Virus record (IMG/VR): IMGVR_UViG_3300049228_000024
Coordinates: 1 to 24,474 of that record
DNA: 24,474 nucleotides
Reading direction: 5' to 3' (one strand)
Source of the DNA: a virus
Lineage: Duplodnaviria; Caudoviricetes
Shown here: positions 7,622 through 15,709 of the stretch, piece after piece
How the letters are laid out: the number at the start of each line of letters is the position of its first letter
How positions within the stretch are numbered: position 1 is the first letter of the stretch
The notes under the pieces: model-generated
Told to the model about the DNA's origin: nothing
The model's database searches: none
What the model saw: the letters and a program-made list of their open reading frames with translations, nothing else
Position numbers and translations under genes: made by a program

Positions 7622-10118
7622 GGTTTAGTGCCTCCAAGAAGGCTTGCGTACCAGTGTACCTGCGCTTCTCGATTTCCATTTTGAGTTGTTCAGAACCCGC
7701 TTGAGTCTTTAAAAGCTTTCTATCACCCTGCTGTTGTTTGAGTGCGGCATCTACAGCGGGATATTTAGAACGAACAGCATACTGAGCTTTGTCGATAGCA
7801 TCGCTGTGGATTTTGAAAAGAACTTTGTACTTAGTTCCTTTTCCAACCCCTACAATAGAGTCACCCAGATTGGTATAGGCTTCGCTTTCGATTGCTTTCT
7901 TGTACTTCTCGTAGACTGGAAGGTTGTCCTTGTTTACATGAGCGTACTTTTGATGGTAATAATCCATCTGCTCTGGAGACAAAGGTACACCATTGATAGC
8001 ACCAAAAAGGCTACGAGTCGAATAGTCGAGGCCAACGCGACGAAGCTCTGCTGACACAGGATCGTTCTTAGGAGATTGTTCGTTGTAAACTGAACTGATA
8101 GCCTCTGAGTCAGCTCCCGGAATGATCAACCTAGATCTGTAAAAAAGGTCTCTATCTTGGAAGCGACCCTTGTCGATACGAAGCTTCAGAAGGTCGTTAC
8201 TAGTCTGGATCATCCAGTCTCGAATGTCATCGGGGAGTGGATCGGTAGCGTTAGAAATGACAAAGGCCATCGTTTTAGCACCAAAGGCATTACGGGGAAC
8301 AACCTTCCCTTCATCGTCCAACACGACACCCTTGCCTTCGTCAATGATATTCTTCTGGCCATTGATATAATCGGCCATAGTCATTACGCGGCCTTCACCG
8401 GGACGACTCGTGTCGATATAAGAGTCAGCCAAAGCGGCAGCTTCGATAGTACCTAGTTGAGCTATGAGACGCGATTGAGGAACGAAATTAGAAGTCACAC
8501 GAACGAGCATACGTTCAGCGGCTCTAGGATTACCAGCAGCCGTTACCCAATCAGTAACAGCGTTGACGTAGGACTTACTTGCCATCAGACGCATAAACCG
8601 AACAGTAAACTCTTTCGCCCAATGATCTTGTTGGCCTTGATCCATGTAGCGAAAAGCTTCGATTCCTTCAGCCATGACCTGCATAGGTAGAGCCACAGGG
8701 TCAATATACGAGCCATAGTTGAAACCCGTAGGACCAATACCAGGGATATCAAAGTTAAGGAAGTAAGGCTTATTGCCTTCTTTTCGCCACATTTCGTTAG
8801 CTTCAGGATTCAAAGGCCCGCTTCCGGTCATATGTCCAGTCTGGGCAAGCTTAAGTGCTGTTAACGCCAGCCCAGAAGTGTAGACTGCTTTGCCGGCAGC
8901 ACCCGCTGCATCAGATCCTTGTCCTTTGAAAGCACTATTAATAGCTTCACCTGTGTGCCAGAACGGAGATTCAGTAACGCCGGCTTTAAGGAGATTACCA
9001 GGAGTACGAACAAAGACTAGATTCCAGCGGCCACCTGGAATGTACTCACGAGCAGCAGCGAATTTCTGCATGATCGGATCAGCATCCTGGGTAAACGTCA
9101 TCCGTCGAACGTAATCATCAGCCGCATCAGAAGCCTTTACCATATCTCCCAAGCGCAGAGTTGTGGCTTCGTCGAGAGAACCTTCTTTGCTAAGACGCAG
9201 TAGATCGTCGATAGATGACATATTCTCAGTAAGGTCACGAACAAAAGCCATCGCATCATTACCCACAAGACCTTTGTTCATAGCAAGACCAAAGGCTTCC
9301 CCTTGGAGAGCAGCAGAGCGCGCAATGCCCGCGTTCAATTCATCGGCAGTAGCTAGGGCGTGTAGCGGCCAAGAGTTGAGGCGGCCAAGCAGATCAATAA
9401 TCCCGGCGGCAGTCCCATATTTTTGAGACCTTGCAACTTCTGGATCACTAGATAGAGGGCGCCAAAGCTGTTTTGTGCCTTTGGTCGCTGAAGCGTCAAG
9501 AGCGTCCGCGAGTTCGTAAGAGAACTTCTTAGGAAGGAGACGCACACCCTTAAAGCTTTTCAGACCTTTAAAGTGTGAATCGCCCCGAAGGATCTGAGCT
9601 AAGCCTGTAGCTCTAGCGTAGTTACTCTCACCAAGTTCAGAGAAAACACCACTCGTTCCAGCAGGATTGGCTGTAATACGCTGTCCGATACGCCAAGCTT
9701 CTTTAGCTCTAGCACGGGCGTCAACGTCTAAGGTAGCTGTTTTCCACCACGCCGCCGCTTTAGCTTGGGTTGTAATTAACCACTTCTGCATGTGTTGCTG
9801 CTGTGCTGCGTCGGCTCCAACGGCTTTAGCGTGTGCGTTCCTAGCGGCAGCATCAAAGAATTCTGAAACCGTATTATGAAGCATCATGTAAGCCTGAGTA
9901 GACGAAACGTTCTTTAGTTGAGTAAAAGGCCCACTCAACAGATTAGATACCCACCAAGAATGAAGAGCGTCACCAAACGTCGGAGTGCCCTTTCGAGCCA
10001 AAGCGTTGACGAGCTTGGCTTGACCAGCAACAGAGAGATCTTGTGTTGACATGGCTGCTGCCATGCGACGAATATTAGCTCTACCACCACCAGACTTGAG
10101 GAAGTCTTCGAGCTGCAC
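7608..10118 (-). CDS. Internal virion (ejection) protein, gp16-like, C-terminal part
   Basis: 836-aa ORF directly before the tail fibre. Motifs WVSNLLSGPFTQLKN, ALATADE, TFTQ, FVRTPGNL and TGSGP......W...G.KPY are typical of large internal virion proteins of environmental T7-like phages. The GTG start is uncertain and may be frameshift-fused to the upstream ORF. Confidence 0.75.
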   Translation of the reverse strand: MQLEDFLKSGGGRANIRRMAAAMSTQDLSVAGQAKLVNALARKGTPTFGDALHSWWVSNLLSGPFTQLKNVSSTQAYMMLHNTVSEFFDAAARNAHAKAVGADAAQQQHMQKWLITTQAKAAAWWKTATLDVDARARAKEAWRIGQRITANPAGTSGVFSELGESNYARATGLAQILRGDSHFKGLKSFKGVRLLPKKFSYELADALDASATKGTKQLWRPLSSDPEVARSQKYGTAAGIIDLLGRLNSWPLHALATADELNAGIARSAALQGEAFGLAMNKGLVGNDAMAFVRDLTENMSSIDDLLRLSKEGSLDEATTLRLGDMVKASDAADDYVRRMTFTQDADPIMQKFAAAREYIPGGRWNLVFVRTPGNLLKAGVTESPFWHTGEAINSAFKGQGSDAAGAAGKAVYTSGLALTALKLAQTGHMTGSGPLNPEANEMWRKEGNKPYFLNFDIPGIGPTGFNYGSYIDPVALPMQVMAEGIEAFRYMDQGQQDHWAKEFTVRFMRLMASKSYVNAVTDWVTAAGNPRAAERMLVRVTSNFVPQSRLIAQLGTIEAAALADSYIDTSRPGEGRVMTMADYINGQKNIIDEGKGVVLDDEGKVVPRNAFGAKTMAFVISNATDPLPDDIRDWMIQTSNDLLKLRIDKGRFQDRDLFYRSRLIIPGADSEAISSVYNEQSPKNDPVSAELRRVGLDYSTRSLFGAINGVPLSPEQMDYYHQKYAHVNKDNLPVYEKYKKAIESEAYTNLGDSIVGVGKGTKYKVLFKIHSDAIDKAQYAVRSKYPAVDAALKQQQGDRKLLKTQAGSEQLKMEIEKRRYTGTQAFLEALNLGGD

Positions 10119-10122
10119 GCCT

Positions 10123-12984
10123 CTAAGAAGAACGGCCCTGGTCCCGGAAAATGTCTACAGCCAGACCAACAGGTTGTCGCATAGAGTGTAGTGCTCTAGC
10201 TACGTCTGAAACGAGGCCGGCTCTTCGGTCATTGACTAGAGCAACCATCTTAGCCAAGCCAAACAACTGGGCTTCTTTGGTGATATCTGTGTCTTTAGTC
10301 GCATTTAGGATATTAATTTCGTCAGCGATATCCTTGGCTTTCTTAACCAAGCTAAGCTCGAACATACGGTACGCAGTAAGGGTTCGAGTGAGGTCCTGAG
10401 CCGGGAACTGAGCGAGCAAAGCAGCGTTCATAGCCGGTACAGAAGCCCCTGCTTCACGAGCTGTTTTCTCTAAGAGCCCTTCGCCAGCCGCAAACGTGTC
10501 GCCCAAAGACCGCTCAAGTTGAAGCCTGAAGGTATTCTCATTGCTTCCGAGTTCTTTCCCCAGCCACTCAAGGACACTCTTGATGTCCCCACTAGCCACA
10601 ATGTTGTCGAAATTAGTGACATCAAAAACGTCACCCAAAGCAGCGATAGATTCAGTCAGATCTTGGTTCTTGAAAGCAGACACAACACGCGCGTGCTGCT
10701 CTACAGTCAGTTCTAGGTGGTCACCAACGATAACCTTGGGCTTCTGGGATTCAAGACGTTTTTGAAGAACTTCCGCCGACTGCTTTTCTCTTACTGCTAG
10801 AGATTGGTCTCCAGACGGTGCTTTACCTTTGGCCTGAGGTTCTGGAGCAACATGAGCATATTTCGTTTGGATGATATCGTTGATCTGTGCTTCGGCTTCC
10901 GGGGACAGCTGACCTTCAGCTTTAAGGGCTTTCAGGTGGGCTTTGAGAGCACGAGGCGTAGATCTAGAAGCGTCGAATTGTGCCACTACAGCAGCTTCGG
11001 ATTCACTCAGCTTGTCAGTGGCAGTACGAGCGGCTTTAAGGCCGTCGTTAAAGGTATTTAGTCTTGCGTTGAGGCCAGCACGCGCGATGATATCGTCGAT
11101 CTTAGCTGCGGCTGTGGCCGACAACTGACCAGTAGATTTCAAAGATTCCGCTTCAGCTTTGAGAAGCAGAGGAGACGCAGTAGATTCTTCGAATTGACGA
11201 ACAAGAGAGACTTCAGCTTCAACTACTTTTTCAGCAGCGATAGCTCTACGGCGCTCAGCCGCCTCTAGGATGTCATCAGGGATGCCCTCAATTCGACTAG
11301 GTGTAACCTGGGGGATCTCGGTGGGAGGAACGTGGCCCTCAGGTTTCGGGAGGGGCTTGGGCTTCTCTAGAGGCGGGTTGTTTTTAAGAGCGGCCTTGAT
11401 CTCATCAATACGTCTTCGGATCGCCGTTTTAGGAGACTCACCCGGCTGAGGTTCAGTACGAACCTTAGAACCACGCTTAGGAAGAGGCTTTGTGGGGATC
11501 TCGTCTGAAGCGGCCTTGAGTTCCTCGAATAGCCGTCGGCGCTCTTCAATGAGTTCGGACTTGGTCTGTACCGGGACTTCTGGCTCTGGGACCTTCGGTG
11601 TAAGAGCCTCGACTTCGCGTCGGGCAGCATTACGGACCACCAGAGCGTCATCAAGAGCCACTTGGGCTTTAACTTTGGAAGCAGGGGTAGAAGCAGATTC
11701 CAAAGCCCTGAATTGTTTCTTGTAAGCCGTATCGGCTTGATCAAGTACAATCTGAGCTTTATCGCGGCCAACAGCTACGGGTCTAGGAGCGGCCGTGGGT
11801 GTTCCAGGAAGCAGCGCAGTACCCCCAGGTTCCACTGTAACGACACCGCCAACAGGGTTGACGTTAGAAGGCTGTGCGGTACCTTCGGGGGTAACCTGGA
11901 GCGTTTGAGAGCCTTTGGTGGCCTGTTCTGCTTGCCTTTGAGCTAAGCCTACTTTGGCCCCTTGAAGTGTCGAAGTGGCGTCGGCAATAGCTTTTTCAGG
12001 GATATTCTGATCTACACCCTGGCTGCCCTGAGCTAGAGTAGCATCAAGTTGCGTCTTTTCGAGACGCGCCTTTACGAGCTCGTCGGACTTAATAGCTAGC
12101 GTTTCATCGACGTCTAGACCAACTTCGGAAGCACCAGCACGTCGAGCAGCTTTGTCTTTGAAATACTGCCGTCCCGATGTCCAGACTTTTCCAATAGTAC
12201 CACGAAGCCCGGCTTCAACAAACGATCCTTCAACTGTATGCTTGAGAAGCCTTTCAAACGTTGAATCGTCTGTCTCAGTAGACAGCATTCGAGTGACAGG
12301 ATTATTAGCCGCAGAGTTGTCTGGAAACGCCTCAACAAGGGACTTTGAAACCGTATCAGAATCAGTAGGAAGCGACGCAGCACCCACAGCGTTACCAAAT
12401 ACAGATCGTGCTACCCAACTAGAGAACTGAAGCCCCTTTACAAAGCTAAGACCAACACTGGTAGCGACCTGCCCAGAAACGTCTTCAACTCCACGTTCGA
12501 GCGGCGTATCACCTCGACCAAGAAGAGCTTCCAAATTTGAAGCTGCTTCGGGAGTATAGTCAGCAAACCGATCATCACCATGTAGATACGATAGGGTATC
12601 TTTAACGAGCCCCGAAGCCGTATCCGAAAGCCGAGCAGCCCCCAAAGCTGCTCCGCGGACAATATGAAGACCCAAAGGAAGATTGTCTTCAGGGAAAACT
12701 TTAGTCGGCTCTTGCGGCTTTTGGTCAGCACTAGGAGCAGGAACAGCAGGAGTCGAAGAGGTTTCACTAGAACCGTATTTGGCTAGAATGTCGTCAACTG
12801 AGGAGCCTGAGGGGGATTGAGGGGGAGCAGTAGGGGAAGCACTAGGAGCAGTACCAGAAGCCACAGCTTCCATTCGAGCCCTACGCTCAGCAAAGCTTTG
12901 ACTGACTGAATTCTGTGCTGCCTGATGAGCGTCGTCTTCTGACGCGCGGCTATCTGCATAGATCTCGTCAGTCAAATCAGACAT
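10123..12984 (-). CDS. Internal virion (ejection) protein, gp16-like, N-terminal part
   Basis: 953 aa, after the gp15-like gene; Ala/Glu/Lys-rich helical segments with Pro-rich linkers; ends 4 nt before the next ORF. Confidence 0.7.
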   Translation of the reverse strand: MSDLTDEIYADSRASEDDAHQAAQNSVSQSFAERRARMEAVASGTAPSASPTAPPQSPSGSSVDDILAKYGSSETSSTPAVPAPSADQKPQEPTKVFPEDNLPLGLHIVRGAALGAARLSDTASGLVKDTLSYLHGDDRFADYTPEAASNLEALLGRGDTPLERGVEDVSGQVATSVGLSFVKGLQFSSWVARSVFGNAVGAASLPTDSDTVSKSLVEAFPDNSAANNPVTRMLSTETDDSTFERLLKHTVEGSFVEAGLRGTIGKVWTSGRQYFKDKAARRAGASEVGLDVDETLAIKSDELVKARLEKTQLDATLAQGSQGVDQNIPEKAIADATSTLQGAKVGLAQRQAEQATKGSQTLQVTPEGTAQPSNVNPVGGVVTVEPGGTALLPGTPTAAPRPVAVGRDKAQIVLDQADTAYKKQFRALESASTPASKVKAQVALDDALVVRNAARREVEALTPKVPEPEVPVQTKSELIEERRRLFEELKAASDEIPTKPLPKRGSKVRTEPQPGESPKTAIRRRIDEIKAALKNNPPLEKPKPLPKPEGHVPPTEIPQVTPSRIEGIPDDILEAAERRRAIAAEKVVEAEVSLVRQFEESTASPLLLKAEAESLKSTGQLSATAAAKIDDIIARAGLNARLNTFNDGLKAARTATDKLSESEAAVVAQFDASRSTPRALKAHLKALKAEGQLSPEAEAQINDIIQTKYAHVAPEPQAKGKAPSGDQSLAVREKQSAEVLQKRLESQKPKVIVGDHLELTVEQHARVVSAFKNQDLTESIAALGDVFDVTNFDNIVASGDIKSVLEWLGKELGSNENTFRLQLERSLGDTFAAGEGLLEKTAREAGASVPAMNAALLAQFPAQDLTRTLTAYRMFELSLVKKAKDIADEINILNATKDTDITKEAQLFGLAKMVALVNDRRAGLVSDVARALHSMRQPVGLAVDIFRDQGRSS

Positions 12985-12993
12985 CAGAACCCC

Positions 12994-14454
12994 TTAGTGG
13001 CGGAAATCGATTAAAGAAATACCGTTCTTAACTGCATCTTCGTATAAGTCAGAAGCTAGCATATCGTATTGATCTTTCTTTAGGAAAGACTCTAGCTTAA
13101 GAGCAGCGGACTCTAAAGCCTTTAAGCCAGCAAAATCACCTGCTTTTTCAGCAGCATCGGCTTGTGTACCAATTACTTCCAAAGCGTTTTGAGCTTCGGT
13201 TTTCTTGGTTTCAAAAGCTTTAATTCTCTCTTCTCGATGCTTTGAATGCTCAATGACTGTATCGTGAGCAGCACGGACTTGCTTACGGGCTTCGTAAGGA
13301 TCGTCATTTAGCAGAGAAGCCGGAATGCTTTCCATGATAAAATCAAAGTCTTGCATACCCTGTGTGACAGTCTTAGGATTAGGTTTTTCACCAATATCGT
13401 TTAGCTCTGCTTCCATTGCCATCTTAAGACGACCACGGGCTTCTGAAGCTATCGTTGATCCTAGGATACCTGTTGTGCGGTCTTTCATCTTATCTGTAAG
13501 TGTGATGATATTAGCTTCAGTCGTAAAAGGATTCGTAGAATTCTCTCGTAGAATACGGAGCGATTCAGGGTCTACTGGCTGACCAGACAGAATAGAGGCG
13601 GTTACAGATCGAGCAGCATTATCGAACAGAGAGGCTTTCTGCTGCGTAGCAGTCAGTCCTTGGTTCTGAGAACGCTCATAAGTATGGGCGGCGTGGATAA
13701 CTGCGGTGTATTTGGCTCGGTCGTTAGCGGACATTTCAACGCCATTGATGGCAGCATAGGCTGCATCTTTGGCAGCAGTGACCGACCCAGGATCTTCGAT
13801 CATAGCATTCAAAAGCGTCTGAGCCGCAGTATCGTGCACTTCATGAACTTTAGTAGCATCGGCAAGCGTCTGATCGTAAGTAGAATTGTGGACAGCAGCA
13901 GCAAAAGCTTCAGGCGAAGCGTCGATAGCGTCATTAAAAATGACTGATTCGGCTTGTCGCTTCTGAAGATTAAGGGTTTCACGACGACGACGCGAGGCTT
14001 CATTCAAAGCACCAGGTGACAGATTAGCGATACCTTCGCGGATACCTACGGCCACTGCGGGGTCGTTTACGTCTTTGAGGTAGCGCTGTTGTTCCTCTCT
14101 AAGCATCTCACGCGCGGCGACAGGATCGTGAGCGGTAGCCAAGCGATCTTCGATCGACGTACGATTCTGAGCAATTACAGCTTCACCCATACGGTTCTTA
14201 GCTGCGTACTTGTTCAAAGGAAAATAAGCGTTTTCAGCAATCTCAGCGATCTCATCTGGACCAGCTTGAGAATCATTCATGAGCGAATTGATATGGTTCA
14301 ATTCGTTAGCTTGAGCAACTTGACCAATCTCGGCAGCGGAACGAATACCTACGTCTAGGGCTTGAGCCAGTGTATGTAAGCCACTATCGTTGGGCCGGCT
14401 AACGTCGACAGTTCCCCCACCAATGACAGGCATCTTTTCGAGAGCTACAGCCAT
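12994..14454 (-). CDS. Internal virion protein, gp15-like (by synteny)
   Basis: 486-aa alpha-helical Ala/Glu-rich protein between the gp14-like and gp16-like genes; SD AAGGA; N-terminal LAQAL motif. Confidence 0.6.
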   Translation of the reverse strand: MAVALEKMPVIGGGTVDVSRPNDSGLHTLAQALDVGIRSAAEIGQVAQANELNHINSLMNDSQAGPDEIAEIAENAYFPLNKYAAKNRMGEAVIAQNRTSIEDRLATAHDPVAAREMLREEQQRYLKDVNDPAVAVGIREGIANLSPGALNEASRRRRETLNLQKRQAESVIFNDAIDASPEAFAAAVHNSTYDQTLADATKVHEVHDTAAQTLLNAMIEDPGSVTAAKDAAYAAINGVEMSANDRAKYTAVIHAAHTYERSQNQGLTATQQKASLFDNAARSVTASILSGQPVDPESLRILRENSTNPFTTEANIITLTDKMKDRTTGILGSTIASEARGRLKMAMEAELNDIGEKPNPKTVTQGMQDFDFIMESIPASLLNDDPYEARKQVRAAHDTVIEHSKHREERIKAFETKKTEAQNALEVIGTQADAAEKAGDFAGLKALESAALKLESFLKKDQYDMLASDLYEDAVKNGISLIDFRH

Positions 14455-14466
14455 GCGGGGTTGTCC

Positions 14467-15249
14467 TTAGACGAACGCGAGGTTCGGGCCGTCAGTAGGA
14501 ATTTTGAATTTAGAGAAAGCATTGTAAGCCCCGGCTCCGGCATTCAAGCCTCCAGCTAGAGCATTTACAGCCCCTACGCCAGCAATGGTAGCTGGGTTGC
14601 CCACTTGGAGCCTCTGGCCTTGCTTAGTAATATCAATGCCCAACAACCGGGCTGAAGCTACTTGGTTCGAGATTTCTTGGTTACGCTTGACGGTTGCTTT
14701 GTCAGTTCCCAACTCGAAACCAACCGCACGGCCGATAGCTCGGACAGATCTATCACCCAGGTTAGCAGCATTAACACCACCACGAGCAGCTAGAGCGGCG
14801 GTAGAGAGCTGAAAGTTCTTCTGGGCGTTGGCTTCAGCGTCGACATTCGCTTGAGCTAGAACATTACGACGTTCGGCGCGTGCATTGGCTTTGATTAACG
14901 TTCCCTGCTCTTTGGACTGCTTTGCGGAGACTCCACCAGAAGCACCACCACTGACGACACTAAGGCCGAGCGAGGTTAGACCTAGGATGGCTTCGGTGGA
15001 CAGCCCTGGAGCAGCAGCCGCAGTAGTAGCACCGGAGACCAAAGCTGAAGCCTCTGCTGTAGAGGTAGTAACACCAAGAAGGCTGGCAAGCTCACCAGTG
15101 ACTACGCCAGCTTCAACGCCCGCTGTAGCAGCTGTTGCTGCACCGGCCGCTGTACCAACAACGGCTCCTGCTGTAGCCCCGGCTTCTGCTCCGATGCCTA
15201 TTGCTGAAGCAATGCCAGCAATAGTCTCTGAAATACCGAAGTCACACAT
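14467..15249 (-). CDS. Internal virion protein B (gp14-like)
   Basis: ATG 15249 with SD GGAGG gives MCDFG. Long Gly/Ala-rich hydrophobic N-terminus, Q/A/R-rich helical middle and G.SV motif; gp14 position. Confidence 0.75.
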   Translation of the reverse strand: MCDFGISETIAGIASAIGIGAEAGATAGAVVGTAAGAATAATAGVEAGVVTGELASLLGVTTSTAEASALVSGATTAAAAPGLSTEAILGLTSLGLSVVSGGASGGVSAKQSKEQGTLIKANARAERRNVLAQANVDAEANAQKNFQLSTAALAARGGVNAANLGDRSVRAIGRAVGFELGTDKATVKRNQEISNQVASARLLGIDITKQGQRLQVGNPATIAGVGAVNALAGGLNAGAGAYNAFSKFKIPTDGPNLAFV

Positions 15250-15709
15250 CGCGCGTGAACCTCCTAAACACATGCCCATTAGGGAGAGCTATAGGGTCTT
15301 TATCAAAGACAAACCCAAGAGCCTTCAACCAGCGGATACTGACGACGTTACGGTCGTCGACATAGTTTTCTAGATGCAAATACAGTCTATTGAAATGTGC
15401 TACCCAATGGCGACTTTCAACAATTAAATCCCTAGGGATCGTAACTAAATTGTCGTTCCCAAGCATCCAAGGAACACCACAGCAATCTGAATGCCCCTGG
15501 GCTATCCCAAAAACACCAGATACTTTATCGTCAACCAAGATGCTGAATACGTTGGGCCAAGAAGCTGAATACGAATCGTATAGAGCTTGAGAAGGGTCTC
15601 TATCCGAAGCTAAGATCTCGTCTGAATCAGCTTTCCGCATCGGAAGCATATCCGATAAGTCAGCAATAAGCGTCGGCCTGATTTTAAACCGAATCGCTCC
15701 TCTGGACAT
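15242..15709 (-). CDS. Internal virion protein A (gp13-like, GNAT-like fold)
   Basis: ATG 15709 with SD GGAAGG. Motifs MRKADSDEI, GVPWMLG and LENYVDDRNVVSIRWLKALGFVF are characteristic of gp13/DUF2833-type proteins. Confidence 0.85.
   Translation of the reverse strand: MSRGAIRFKIRPTLIADLSDMLPMRKADSDEILASDRDPSQALYDSYSASWPNVFSILVDDKVSGVFGIAQGHSDCCGVPWMLGNDNLVTIPRDLIVESRHWVAHFNRLYLHLENYVDDRNVVSIRWLKALGFVFDKDPIALPNGHVFRRFTRDV

Noticed and set aside
14885-15373. 162-aa plus-strand Pro/Ala-rich ORF
   Set aside because: It is the antisense reading of the Gly/Ala-rich gp14-like gene.
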